Shown here: piece after piece, positions 20,235 through 30,607 of the stretch
How the letters are laid out: every line of letters begins with the position of its first letter
Numbering within the stretch: the stretch's first letter is position 1
From: an uncultured Methanosarcinales archaeon
GTDB taxonomy: Archaea; Halobacteriota; Methanosarcinia; Methanotrichales; Methanotrichaceae
Direction of reading: 5' to 3'
DNA length: 64,000 bases
Assembly (NCBI GenBank): GCA_963843555.1
Contig: CAWJKV010000002.1
Location: 267,802 to 331,801 of the forward strand
Program-made: the position numbers and the translations under genes
The notes under the pieces: model-generated
Told to the model about the DNA's origin: nothing
Databases searched by the model: none
Seen by the model: only the letters and a program-made list of their open reading frames with translations

Positions 20235-20585
20235 CTAAGACCTTATCATTACCAGTAGCATTTTGAATTGGCTAAAAGCTGCCAGGGCATGAGGTTTATT
20301 GGCCGGCAGGATGACCGTCTGTCCTTGCTCCAAATGGTAGGCCTGCCCCGAGATCGTCACATCGGCCTCGCCCTCTACAATATATATAAGTGCGTCAAAA
20401 GGTGCAGTATGCTCGCTCAGCCCCTGACCTTTGTCAAAAGCGAAAAGGGTTACAGTTCCTGTGCTCTTGCGAATTATCTCCCGGCTCACGATCGAGTCCG
20501 TCTGGTAAGTCACTGAATCCACCAGCTGCTCAACCTTCGGTGCACTGTTTTCTGCAGCGATTGATTGTTTGGGAACGTCTGCCAT
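20235..20585 (-). CDS. cupin-domain protein
   Basis: FAFDKGQGLSEHTAPFDA and PANKPHAL motifs. Confidence 0.9.
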   Translation of the reverse strand: MADVPKQSIAAENSAPKVEQLVDSVTYQTDSIVSREIIRKSTGTVTLFAFDKGQGLSEHTAPFDALIYIVEGEADVTISGQAYHLEQGQTVILPANKPHALAAFSQFKMLLVMIRS

Positions 20586-20945
20586 TTTTTATCACTCCTA
20601 TTTTTGCGGTTGTATATCCTATCATTTTCCTATCAGACGCAAAAAGCTTTGGGTCACATCCATAGTTAGGGGGCGATCAGGAAAAGCCGGTATACCAGAA
20701 GCAGGCCAGTGTGAAAGTTCCAAACGTTGGACAAGAAATATCCGCCAATATTCGATGTCTCTATGTTTGCCTACCAGGCTTGCCGGTCTTAATTCCTGTT
20801 CAGGCAGGATGATTGAGCATCATGTTTGTTGATGTTCTTCCCCTGTGTCATTTCTTTATTTGTATCTTATTCATACTTTCTATTATGTAAAAATGGTTTA
20901 TCGATATTGTTTTTTAGAAAAATTACTTAAACTTGTACGTAGTAT

Positions 20946-21197
20946 ATGCAAACCATGGCAGGAGTCCTTGATCAACTGATTTGGCCCGAAAAGAGTCTGA
21001 TGAGGCATAGCATTCCTCAGGTGGATATGGCAGCTTTGGAGCTTGAGGCTGCCAAGGAGATCCTGGCAGAGGTCTTCAAGGTCAGGATCTCGGAGGTGGA
21101 TGAGATGATTTTGAGCCGCTTTGAAGAGGCTCACTCCCAGGAAGCAAGCTCCGAAGAGAAGGGGCTATGGCCGCAGGAGTTCCGGCTGGAAGGCTGA
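20946..21197 (+). CDS. small acidic hypothetical protein
   Basis: 83-aa ORF with host-like codon use, AT-rich upstream region and T-tract downstream. Confidence 0.6.
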   Translation: MQTMAGVLDQLIWPEKSLMRHSIPQVDMAALELEAAKEILAEVFKVRISEVDEMILSRFEEAHSQEASSEEKGLWPQEFRLEG

Positions 21198-21201
21198 GCC
21201 C

Positions 21202-21217
21202 CTTTCTATTTTTTTTA
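21202..21217 (+). terminator. archaeal T-rich terminator
   Basis: CTTTCTATTTTTTTT immediately after the stop codon. Confidence 0.5.
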
Positions 21218-21280
21218 CTCTTCGTTGAATTTCGTAGCCAAGGTTAGACTTTATAGTTTGAGCACAAAACCATCTTGACA

Positions 21281-21380
21281 TCTTTGTGTTCTTTGTGAAC
21301 TTTGTGAGCTTTGTGAAGTTGATTGGATCTTGATAAATGGGCAAATGAATTCACCACAAGGACACCAATCGCACAAAGAA
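21281..21380. repeat. 9-bp tandem units CTTTGTGnn (x4) facing inverted CACAAAG-like units
   Basis: CTTTGTG at 21282, 21291, 21300 and 21309; CACAAGG at 21355 and CACAAAG at 21372. Confidence 0.75.
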
Positions 21381-21497
21381 CCCGCTAAGAAAAATACGGG
21401 AATCCTGCAAACTAGCACATTAACTGGGGAGAGTTTTTTGGGGGCATGTTCTTTTCCCAGGACCATATTCGTACTTTCGGGGCGTCTTGTCTCCGCC

Positions 21498-22385
21498 TCA
21501 AGCCTCTTCTTCCTCGATCTCCTTTTTCCTCATCTCCTCTTGCATCCTGCACCTGTGCACCTCTTTTACGCCATGCGCATCCAGAGCCTGTTCCTCCTCT
21601 TCCCGGTAGGCAGCCAAGCGCTGCATGAGAAGATCAAAGTTCACTTTATGACCATCAAACTCCGGCCCGTCCACGCAGGCAAGCTTTGCAACTCCATCCA
21701 CTTCTACTCTGCAACTGCCGCACATGCCGGTCCCGTCGATCATGATTGGGTTCAGGCTGACTATGGTCTTGATGTTGCGAGGCCGGGTGATCTCGCTGAC
21801 CCGCTTCATCATGGGCACGGGCCCTATGGCCACCACGACTCCCGGAGTCTCTCTCTTCAAAACCTCTTCCAGGAGATCCGTGACCAGAGCATTGCGTCCA
21901 AATGAGCCGTTGTCCGTGCATATCAGCAATTCATCGGAGACTGCTTCCATCTCCTCCTGCAGGATGATGAACTCCTTGGTGCGCGCGCCGATAATGCTCA
22001 CAACTCTATTGCCCAGGCTCTTCAGCTTTTTTGCTATCGGATAGAGGACCGCAACGCCGGTCCCTCCGCCAACGCATATGGCCATGCCCACCTTTTCCAC
22101 TTCAGTAGGCCGCCCCAGCGGTCCCACAACATTCTGATAAGAATCCCCTTCCTGGAGCGCCTTGAAAAGAGCAGTGGATCGGCCCAGCACCGAGAATATG
22201 ACCGTGATGGTCCCGTTCTCAGGATTGGTATCTGCTACCGTCATTGGCACGCGCTCTCCTTTTTCATTGGCTCTGAGAATAACGAACTGCCCGGGCTGGG
22301 CCACGCGAGCAATTATTGGCGCTTCGATCTCATTGAGGATCATCTTTCCGCCGGCCATCTCTTTGCGTCTTACTATCCTTCTCAT
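21498..22385 (-). CDS. NfnA/SudB-like FAD/NAD-binding 2Fe-2S subunit
   Basis: QPGQFVILR, GPLGRP, VGGGTGVA, DGTGMCGSCRV and CVDGPEFD motifs. Confidence 0.9.
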   Translation of the reverse strand: MRRIVRRKEMAGGKMILNEIEAPIIARVAQPGQFVILRANEKGERVPMTVADTNPENGTITVIFSVLGRSTALFKALQEGDSYQNVVGPLGRPTEVEKVGMAICVGGGTGVAVLYPIAKKLKSLGNRVVSIIGARTKEFIILQEEMEAVSDELLICTDNGSFGRNALVTDLLEEVLKRETPGVVVAIGPVPMMKRVSEITRPRNIKTIVSLNPIMIDGTGMCGSCRVEVDGVAKLACVDGPEFDGHKVNFDLLMQRLAAYREEEEQALDAHGVKEVHRCRMQEEMRKKEIEEEEA

Positions 22386-22459
22386 GCAGCCTCAGGAACA
22401 AAATGCATCTTTGATAATAGTATCCCAAAAAAATTGCACGAAAGAAAGCGGGAACGGGA

Positions 22460-24184
22460 TCATGCCGTCTTCATCCTGGCCGCTTCCTCCAGACCCAGTT
22501 CTTTTATGGACTCATCTCTCATCTTGTACTTCTGGATCTTTCCGCTCACCGTCATTGGAAATTCATCGACGAATTTTATGTATCTTGGAACCTTGAAGTG
22601 CGCGATTCTTCCTTTGCAGAAGGCCTTAATCTCTTCCGGGGTTGCCGCGGCGTCCTTCTTCAGCTTTATCCAGGCCATGAGCTCCTCGCCATATTTCTTG
22701 TCAGGAACGCCGATGACCTGCACATCACTTATGGCCTGATGGGTGTAGAGGAACTCCTCGATCTCTCGCGGATAGATATTCTCTCCGCCCCGAATCACCA
22801 TGTCCTTGAGCCTGCCGGTTATCTTGCAGTAACCATCTTCGTCAAGAGTGCCCAGATCCCCGGTATGCAGCCAACCCTCTTTATCCACCACCTGATCGGT
22901 AGCCACAGGATTGTTGTAATAGCAGCGCATGATCATGTAACCTCGGGCGCAGATCTCGCCGGTTTCACCCCGACGGACTATCTTGCCGGTCTTGGGGTCT
23001 ACTATCTTAACCTCGGTATGAGGCAGGGGCCTACCGATCGTAGAGACCCTCAGCTCCAATGAATCATCGGTTGAGGAGTTGGTGATTCCTGGAGAGGCCT
23101 CGGTCTGGCCGTAAGTTATCACAACCTCCTTCATATTCATGAGGTTGGCTGCTTTTTTCATGAACTCGATGGGGCAGGGCGAGCCGGCCATAATGCCAGT
23201 TCGCAGCGAACTGAAGTCGTACTTATGAAAATCGGGATGTTCCAGTTCTGCAATGAACATAGTTGGCACGCCGTGCACCGCGGTGCAGCGCTCCTTTTCT
23301 ATGGCCGACATGGTCGATACGGGATCGAAATACTCCGCGGGGAGCACCATAGTCGCTCCATGAGTCATGCAGGCCATATTGGAGAGCACCATGCCAAAGC
23401 AATGGTAGAACGGCACAGGGATACATAGTCTATCTTTATCTGTAAACTTCATGCACTCCCCAATAAAAAAGCCATTGTTCACAAGATTGTGATGAGTGAG
23501 AACAACGCCCTTGGGAAAGCCGGTGGTGCCAGAAGTATACTGGATATTTATGGGGTCGTCGAAGTCCAGGCTTGCCTGGCGTTCCTGCAGTACCTCATCC
23601 GGCAGATCTTCACCCATCCTGAGGACCTCGTCCCAGGTCCACATGCTGGGTTGCTTATCGCCTCGCAACAAGACTGCTGTCCTCAAGAAGGGCAGTTTTT
23701 CGGAGTTAATCTGCCCCGGCTCGCTGCTCTTCGCCTCCGGGCAGACCTCGAAGAACATTTTGACATAATCCGAGCTCTTAAACCGGTCCATCAGGAGCAG
23801 CGCCTGCGTCTCTGACTGCCTCAATGCATATTCGAGCTCATGCGTCCTGTATGCTGGATTTATATTTACCAGGACAATCCCCGCCTTGGCGGTTGCGAAC
23901 TGGGTGATGACCCATTCCGCTATGTTCGTTGCCCAAATAGCCAGGCGGTCGCCTTTCTTAAGCCCCAGGCCCATGAATCCTTTGGCCGCGCGATTTACTT
24001 CCTGCTGTAATTCACGATATGTGTATCGCAGGCCCTGTTGAACCGATACAACTGCGTCATTATCAGGGTATGTTTCCGCTATTTCATCGAACATATCACC
24101 GATAGTCTTTCCAATAAGCGGTTTCTCTGAACCCATAAACGCATAACTTTGGGAGACTTTGCCTGGCATGAAGTTGCCTCTCAA
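22460..24184 (-). CDS. AMP-dependent acyl-CoA synthetase (ACSF2-like)
   Basis: QYTSGTTGFPKG, YGQTE, WLHTGDL and SGKIQKY motifs. Confidence 0.92.
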   Translation of the reverse strand: MRGNFMPGKVSQSYAFMGSEKPLIGKTIGDMFDEIAETYPDNDAVVSVQQGLRYTYRELQQEVNRAAKGFMGLGLKKGDRLAIWATNIAEWVITQFATAKAGIVLVNINPAYRTHELEYALRQSETQALLLMDRFKSSDYVKMFFEVCPEAKSSEPGQINSEKLPFLRTAVLLRGDKQPSMWTWDEVLRMGEDLPDEVLQERQASLDFDDPINIQYTSGTTGFPKGVVLTHHNLVNNGFFIGECMKFTDKDRLCIPVPFYHCFGMVLSNMACMTHGATMVLPAEYFDPVSTMSAIEKERCTAVHGVPTMFIAELEHPDFHKYDFSSLRTGIMAGSPCPIEFMKKAANLMNMKEVVITYGQTEASPGITNSSTDDSLELRVSTIGRPLPHTEVKIVDPKTGKIVRRGETGEICARGYMIMRCYYNNPVATDQVVDKEGWLHTGDLGTLDEDGYCKITGRLKDMVIRGGENIYPREIEEFLYTHQAISDVQVIGVPDKKYGEELMAWIKLKKDAAATPEEIKAFCKGRIAHFKVPRYIKFVDEFPMTVSGKIQKYKMRDESIKELGLEEAARMKTA

Positions 24185-24513
24185 TCGCTAAGGAGATATA
24201 ACAGTATCTTAAGGCAGGTTTGGAGAATGTGTTCATCAATAAGAGGAATCTGTCTCTGGGTATGCTTTTTTTCGAGTATATTTCTCATTAACTTCAGGAA
24301 ATATGCTGGTTTAAGGCTGGGAAATAGCAATCATTCCGCAGTTGGGCTTCGGCCAGTTCAGAGGCGTGGGAGCCGGTTAACCTGGGTGGTAGGTTGGGCC
24401 GTCACTCATCGAGCGGCTTCTTCCTGAGCAGGCAGATCTGAAATAAAGTAATCCAATCGGATGAAGGCTACAAAATTCAATAGAAGATTAGAAGAAAATC
24501 AGGTAGCAAGAAG

Positions 24514-24742
24514 CTATGCCGCCTCAAACCATTCATCACGATTGATTCCCGCTCTATTTAGGACCTTCTTAATGAGATCAACACTCACTTCTATCGCCAT
24601 GATGCGGATTAGGAATGAGCAAGAATATTCCGTTCTTAAGCATATAGGGATGCTTCTTTCCCGGAAAAGGTCCCTCCCATCCCAGCTTGTTGAGGCGTCT
24701 AGTTAGCTCATACCATGAAACTGGGACGAGTTTAGTCTGCAA
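24514..24742 (-). CDS. HicA-family toxin, frameshift near 24595; absent from the ORF track
   Basis: Manual translation KLVPVSWYELTRRLNKLGWEGPFPGKKHPYMLKNGIFLLIPNPHHGD / EVSVDLIKKVLNRAGINRDEWFEAA*. Confidence 0.8.
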
Positions 24743-24989
24743 CGGCCATCGGCTCCTTCGAGACTTGTATTATATGACCTTCGAGAGGCGGGATGGGGTA
24801 TCCCCACGCAAGGTGCGCCGCTATCCAGTCTTCGAGGGCATCCATGAGGTTCTTTCTGCATTCCTCAAGAGTTTTGCCGGTTGCCCACAGTCCCTGAAGC
24901 TCTGAAACCTCGCCGTAAAATGGCTCTGGGTCATCGATGATCTCGTAAGTCGCCTTATCCATTGCAGCTTGAATATACTCAGCAAACAT
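24732..24989 (-). CDS. HicB-family antitoxin
   Basis: MFAEYIQAAM...GLWATGKTLEECRKNLMDALEDW. Confidence 0.85.
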   Translation of the reverse strand: MFAEYIQAAMDKATYEIIDDPEPFYGEVSELQGLWATGKTLEECRKNLMDALEDWIAAHLAWGYPIPPLEGHIIQVSKEPMAVAD

Positions 24990-25524
24990 CAAAGAAATGT
25001 AATCTTTGATGAGATAAAGACTTTCCTTCATCAGGTAAAAAGGATCCAGAAGCCATCAACCTATATTGCAGGTATTTCTCCAAATAATGAGCAGTCATGC
25101 CCGCCAGTAGGCTTAGTCGCGGGTCTGTCGCAGATAGGCTGGCCTTAATGCAGTCACCACTCCATGGCCCGATCCAGATCATCTTCTGCTCGAGCAGATC
25201 CTCGGCGCGTTTGAGCTGCTTCCTGCCAGAACAATCGCAGTCTTGTTCTATTCTATGCTTCATGTCCCTGGATACTGGCAATACGTCATCGACTTGGCCA
25301 AAGAGTGCTCGATATTTTGTCTACTTGAATATGAGATATCACAATTTTCCCTCCAGATCACTTTGTCATTATGATTTATTCATAACTGTCATATTCCTTG
25401 AAAATAGAATTATACCCTATTTGAACGACGTTTTGCGATTCATAATTTTTCATAACTTTTAAGACTCGATCTTAAATACATATAAATTACGAACTTGACT
25501 CTGTTGCTCCAAGGAGGCTAGTAA

Positions 25525-26859
25525 ATGGCCCTGCAATTGAAGTCAAAAGATGAAGTATTTGAGGCAATAGACAAATACAATGTTCGATTTGTCCGAATTT
25601 GGTTTACAGATATCCTGGGAGTCCCCAAGAGCTTCGCTATCAACCCGAGCGAGCTGGAAGGGGCATTCTCCGAGGGTATGGGCTTCGACGGCTCCTCCAT
25701 TGAGGGCTTTGCCCGGATTCACGAGTCCGACATGGTCGCCAAGCCGGACCCAACCACTTTCCAGCTCATACCCTGGAGGCAACAGGAGAACGCCGTAGCC
25801 AGGATGTTCTGCGACATTCAGAACCCGGACGGCAGCCCATACGAAGGCGACCCCAGGTACGTATTGAAGAGGAATCTGGAGCGCATCAAGGATAAAGGCT
25901 ACAACTTCCTGGTGGGACCGGAGCTGGAGTTCTTCTACTTCAAAGGCGAGAATAATACCGAGGTCCTGGACAACGGCGGATACTTCGACCTCACAACAGC
26001 AGACAATGCTTCTGACCTGCGCCGGGACACTATCCTGGCCCTGGACTCCATGGGAATCGATGTGGAGTACAGCCACCACGAGGTAGCTCCCTCTCAGCAT
26101 GAGATCGACCTTCGCTACAAGGACGCTCTGAATATGGCCGACACGGTGATGACCTACAAAATCACCGTCAAGGAGATAGCCCGCCGGTATGGCTACCATG
26201 CCAGCTTCATGCCCAAACCAATCTTCGGCCAGAATGGCAGCGGGATGCATGTACATCAGTCCCTCTTCCAGGGAAAGAGGAATGTGATGTTCAATGCAGG
26301 AGATGCCTTCCATCTCTCCGATGAGGGCAAGTACTACATCGCTGGCCTTCTCAAGCACGCTCCCGAGATCACTGCCATCACCAACCAGTGGATCAACTCC
26401 TACAAGCGCCTGGTCCCGGGCTATGAGGCTCCCGTCTATATCTGCTGGGCCAGAAGGAACAGATCTGCTCTGGTCAGAGTGCCCATGTACAAACCAGGAA
26501 AAGAGGCCGCAACAAGAGTCGAATTCCGCAGCCCTGATCCCGCCGCCAATCCGTACCTGGCCTTCTCAGTTATGCTGGCTGCAGGCCTCGCCGGTATCGC
26601 CAACAAGTACGACCTGCCCGCCCCTCAGGAGCAGGACATCTACCACATGAGCGATGCCGAGAGGAAGGCGGCTGGAATCGCGTCCCTGCCCGGAAGCCTG
26701 AACGATGCCATTGAGCTCACTGAAAAGAGCAAGCTGGTTCGTGAGGCATTGGGAGAGCACGTCTTCAACGCCTTCATTGCCAACAAGAAGGCAGAGTGGG
26801 ATGCCTACCGCATGAATGTGACCCAATGGGAACTGGAGAGGTACCTGCCTCTGCTCTAG
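25525..26859 (+). CDS. glnA: glutamine synthetase type I
   Basis: FDGSSIEGF, HHEVAPSQHEI, FMPKP..GQNGSGMH, NSYKRLVPGYEAP and EFRSPDP motifs. Confidence 0.98.
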   Translation: MALQLKSKDEVFEAIDKYNVRFVRIWFTDILGVPKSFAINPSELEGAFSEGMGFDGSSIEGFARIHESDMVAKPDPTTFQLIPWRQQENAVARMFCDIQNPDGSPYEGDPRYVLKRNLERIKDKGYNFLVGPELEFFYFKGENNTEVLDNGGYFDLTTADNASDLRRDTILALDSMGIDVEYSHHEVAPSQHEIDLRYKDALNMADTVMTYKITVKEIARRYGYHASFMPKPIFGQNGSGMHVHQSLFQGKRNVMFNAGDAFHLSDEGKYYIAGLLKHAPEITAITNQWINSYKRLVPGYEAPVYICWARRNRSALVRVPMYKPGKEAATRVEFRSPDPAANPYLAFSVMLAAGLAGIANKYDLPAPQEQDIYHMSDAERKAAGIASLPGSLNDAIELTEKSKLVREALGEHVFNAFIANKKAEWDAYRMNVTQWELERYLPLL

Positions 26860-26877
26860 CCCCCATGTTGGGCTCAC

Positions 26878-26890
26878 CTTTTTATTTTTT
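26878..26890 (+). terminator. T-rich terminator after glnA
   Basis: CTTTTTATTTTTT about 20 nt after the stop codon. Confidence 0.5.
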
Positions 26891-26965
26891 GTTTATGAAT
26901 TATAGATCAGAATTAAACTAATGCGAGGAACATCATGACAGAAAGACGTCTGCATCAATGGCTCC

Positions 26966-26983
26966 GTTCATAGTATTATGAAC
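26966..26983. promoter_or_regulatory. palindromic operator candidate GTTCATA-N4-TATGAAC upstream of the glutamate synthase genes
   Basis: Perfect 7-bp inverted repeat ~15 nt before a TATAAAA box (26998-27004). Confidence 0.5.
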
Positions 26984-27093
26984 ATTTCATAAATCACTAT
27001 AAAAGGTCCATTGTGGTAGCTTCGCCTATACCATCGATTCAGCAAGAGGAACGTCTGTAAAGGTAAGCGTTATGTATCGGTTGAGTAGATCTG

Positions 27094-28233
27094 GTGGAGT
27101 TTAGGATAACTATGCCAAGGATAAGAAGGGAGCTCTACAATAAGGATATCTGTGCCTGCTCCATCTTCGGAGCCATGAACCGGGATGGGACGCGCTTTAC
27201 AGCTGCAGGCGTCATGAAGGCCATAGCCAACATGCACGTCCGGGGCAATGGTCTCGGTGGAGGTTTTGCGGCCTATGGCATATACCCCGAGTACAGTGAT
27301 TACTATGCCTTTCATCTCATGTTCACCGGCAAAAGCCCGGAGGCAAAGAGATCAGCAAAGCTCGGTTTCGATGCCTTCCTCTACGAAAAATTCGATGTGG
27401 TCCACGATGAAGAGATCCCTCATCGCGATGAGTCAACGGTGAGCGATCCTCCCTTGATCTGGCGTTACTTCGTGCTCCCCAGAAAGCAGGGCGAAGAATC
27501 TCCAGTCACCGATGAGGATTATGTAGTCAAGATGATCATGTGGGTGAATGCCAAGATCGAGAATGCTTACGTATTCTCTTCCGGAAAGAATATGGGCTGC
27601 TTCAAAGGCGTCGGTTATCCTGAGGAGATAGGAGAGTACTTCATGCTGGACAAGCTCTACTCGGCCTACACCTGGACAGCGCACGGCCGCTTCCCCACAA
27701 ATACCCAGGCCTGGTGGGGGGGAGCCCATCCCTTCAGTCTCCTGGATACAACCGTAGTCCATAATGGTGAGATCTCCTCTTATGGCACCAATCGCTGGTA
27801 CCTGGAGATGTACGGCTATGCATGCACTTTGCAGACGGATACTGAGGTCATAGCCTATGCTGCAGACCTTCTCATGAGGCGACAGAAGATCCCCATTGAG
27901 ATTGTGGCCAAGATTCTTGCCCCGCCCATCTGGAACTCCATAGACAGAATGAATGAGAAGGAAAGGAAATTGCTCACAACATTGAGGATGGTCTACGGAT
28001 CTCTGCTCATGAACGGGCCCTTTGCTATTATCATCGGCCAGACCGGAAGGATGATCGGCCTCACGGACAGAATCAGGCTCCGGCCGATTACTGCAGCAAC
28101 CTGTGGAGAGATGTTCTACCTCTCCTCTGAGGAAGCGTCGATAAGACTGATCTCTCCAGAGCTTGACTCCGTCTGGACTCCCAATGGAGGAGAACCGGTC
28201 GTAGGCGAACTAAATAATATGAGGACGGTATAG
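27094..28233 (+). CDS. glutamate synthase amidotransferase subunit (archaeal GltB1); start probably 27112
   Basis: ACSIFG (Ntn nucleophile Cys), RGNGLGGGF, HGRFPTNT, VHNGEISSYG and TDTEV motifs. Confidence 0.9.
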   Translation: MEFRITMPRIRRELYNKDICACSIFGAMNRDGTRFTAAGVMKAIANMHVRGNGLGGGFAAYGIYPEYSDYYAFHLMFTGKSPEAKRSAKLGFDAFLYEKFDVVHDEEIPHRDESTVSDPPLIWRYFVLPRKQGEESPVTDEDYVVKMIMWVNAKIENAYVFSSGKNMGCFKGVGYPEEIGEYFMLDKLYSAYTWTAHGRFPTNTQAWWGGAHPFSLLDTTVVHNGEISSYGTNRWYLEMYGYACTLQTDTEVIAYAADLLMRRQKIPIEIVAKILAPPIWNSIDRMNEKERKLLTTLRMVYGSLLMNGPFAIIIGQTGRMIGLTDRIRLRPITAATCGEMFYLSSEEASIRLISPELDSVWTPNGGEPVVGELNNMRTV

Positions 28234-28235
28234 GA

Positions 28236-29750
28236 ATGAAATCATTCGTTTTTCCTGAGTTCCAGATCATAAGGGACGAAGAAAAATGTGGCCAGTGTCG
28301 GGGCTGCGAGCGGCAGTGCTCCTTTGGCACTCACACTTACGATCCGCTTTCTGATCGGTTGATATCCGACGACTACAAATGCGCCGGCTGCCAGAGATGT
28401 GTCATCTTCTGCCCCAAGGACGCCATAGTTGTCCGTCCTACCCAGTCGTTCTACCGACCGAACGCTTCCTGGTCTCGCGAAAAGATGGAGGATCTGAAAA
28501 AGCAAGCCGAGACGGGCGGAGTGATCCTGACAGGATGCGGCAACGACAAGCCATTTCGCATCTACTGGGATCACATGGTGCTCAATGCCTCTCAGGTCAC
28601 CAACCCCTCCATAGATCCTTTGCGTGAGCCGATGGAGCTGCGTACATTCCTCGGCGCCAAGCCCGATCTATTGGACTTCAGGGCCTTGGAGGGGGATGTG
28701 GAGATAAAGACCAGGATCTCTCCCAATCTGATGGTGGAAACTCCTATCCTCTTCTCGGCTATGTCCTACGGCGCCATCAGCTACAATGCTTTCCGCTCTC
28801 TGGCGACGGCCGCCTGCAAATCAGGAACCTTCTTCAATACCGGTGAGGGAGGCCTTCCCAAGGAGATGAGAGAGCAGTTTGGAAAGTGCGCCATTGTGCA
28901 GGTCGCATCGGGCCGCTTCGGAATAGATGCCGAATATCTCAATTGCGCTGCCGCCGTGGAGATAAAGGTCGGCCAGGGAGCCAAGCCCGGTATTGGCGGC
29001 CATTTGCCCGGCGAAAAGGTCTCGCCCGAAGTCGCTGCTACGCGCATGATCCCTGTAGGCACGGATGCGATTTCTCCGGCACCGCACCATGATATCTACT
29101 CCATTGAGGACCTTTCCATGCTCATCTATGCCCTGAAGGAGGCCACCAACTATGAGAAGCCCATCTCGGTCAAGATCGCTGCGGTGCATAACTTTGCGGC
29201 CATAGCATCAGGAATTGTGCGCGCCGGAGCGGACATCATTGCCATCGACGGCCTGCGCGGGGGAACGGGAGCAGCTCCTAAGGTGATCAGAGACAATGTG
29301 GGCATACCCATTGAACTCGCCATATCATCCCTGGACCGGCGCCTGAGAAATGAAGACATAAGGAACAGATGCTCCATCATTGCCGCTGGCGGAATTCGCT
29401 GCAGCGCCGACGTCATCAAGGCTATAGCTCTGGGCGCGGATGCCGTCTACATCGGCTCGGCAGCCCTGATAGCTATGGGCTGCAACCTCTGCCAGAAGTG
29501 CTACACAGGCAAGTGCAACTGGGGAATATGCACTCAAGACCCGCGCCTTTCCGGCAGGCTGAATGTTGATATCACCTCGCAGCGTCTCTCCAACCTTATT
29601 CATGCCTGGTCGCATGAGATCAGCGAGATGCTGGGCGGCATGGGAATCAATGCCCTGGAAAGCCTGCGCGGCAACCGAGACCACTTGCGAGGTGTGGGCC
29701 TTTACGAATGGGAGCTGGACGTTTTGGGAATAAAGGGCGCCGGAGAGTGA
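28236..29750 (+). CDS. glutamate synthase FMN-binding subunit with N-terminal ferredoxin (GltB2)
   Basis: AMSYGA, NTGEGG, QVASGRFG, GQGAKPGIGGHLPG and the CNLCQKCYTGKCNWGIC cluster. Confidence 0.93.
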   Translation: MKSFVFPEFQIIRDEEKCGQCRGCERQCSFGTHTYDPLSDRLISDDYKCAGCQRCVIFCPKDAIVVRPTQSFYRPNASWSREKMEDLKKQAETGGVILTGCGNDKPFRIYWDHMVLNASQVTNPSIDPLREPMELRTFLGAKPDLLDFRALEGDVEIKTRISPNLMVETPILFSAMSYGAISYNAFRSLATAACKSGTFFNTGEGGLPKEMREQFGKCAIVQVASGRFGIDAEYLNCAAAVEIKVGQGAKPGIGGHLPGEKVSPEVAATRMIPVGTDAISPAPHHDIYSIEDLSMLIYALKEATNYEKPISVKIAAVHNFAAIASGIVRAGADIIAIDGLRGGTGAAPKVIRDNVGIPIELAISSLDRRLRNEDIRNRCSIIAAGGIRCSADVIKAIALGADAVYIGSAALIAMGCNLCQKCYTGKCNWGICTQDPRLSGRLNVDITSQRLSNLIHAWSHEISEMLGGMGINALESLRGNRDHLRGVGLYEWELDVLGIKGAGE

Positions 29751-29756
29751 AAGCAA

Positions 29757-30570
29757 TTGACGAGTATCCAGAAGTCCGAAACGCCTCCCAAGAAGGATCG
29801 GGTTGACGGGATGATGGGAGCGGCTGAGATAGATGCCGGACCCCTGGAGACCAGAGAATTGAACGACCAGCTCCGGGATTTGATGCTTGCGGGCCATGAG
29901 AAGGTCAATATCAGGAATGTATGCGGCCACAGGTATATCGGCACCAGGCTCTACTCTCCAGAACACCGCAAGATGGAGATTGAGATCTTCGGGACTCCCG
30001 GAAACGACCTGGCTGCCTTCCTTTATGGTCATAAGATAACTGTGCACGGCAATGCTCAGGACGGTGTGGGAAATACCATGGATGAAGGCGAGATCGTCGT
30101 GGAAGGAAGAGCCGGAGATGTCCTGGGTTTTTCCATGCGTGGGGGCACGATCTTCGTGCGGGACAATTGCGGCTACAGGACGGCTTTGCACATGAAGGAA
30201 TACGAAGATAAGAGGCCCGTTCTGGTCGTGGGCGGCACAGCGCAGGACTTCCTGGGCGAGTACATGGCGGGAGGGATTGTGATACTCCTGGATCGTTTCA
30301 ACCAGCAGCATAAAGGCAACTTCATAGGTACAGGCATGCATGGTGGCGCAATCTATCTGCGCGGCACCGTGAAAGAGACGCAGGTAGGCGGTCAAGTAGA
30401 AGTCTCGCATCTGGATGAAGAGGATCGAGAGATTCTGGATCAATATGTCTCCCGAGTTCGTGAATCGCTTTCCGGACCTCTGCCTCTGCAAAGAGGAGAT
30501 CCTGAAGGATGAATTTGTCAAGCTGACGCCGAAGTCGAAGAGGCCCTACAGCGGTATTTATGCTTACTAG
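29757..30570 (+). CDS. glutamate synthase GXGXG subunit (GltB3), frameshift near 30451
   Basis: GTPGNDL, GNAQDGVGNTM, DFLGEYMAGG and GTGMHGG; C-terminus EFVKLTPKSKRPYSGIYAY* in the shifted frame. Confidence 0.88.
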
Positions 30571-30607
30571 AATTCCGAGACATTCGAGATGATTTAAAGG
30601 GATTAAG

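Noticed and set aside
24979..25281. 100-aa ORF upstream of HicB
   Set aside because: No recognisable motif; probably a spurious or eroded frame.
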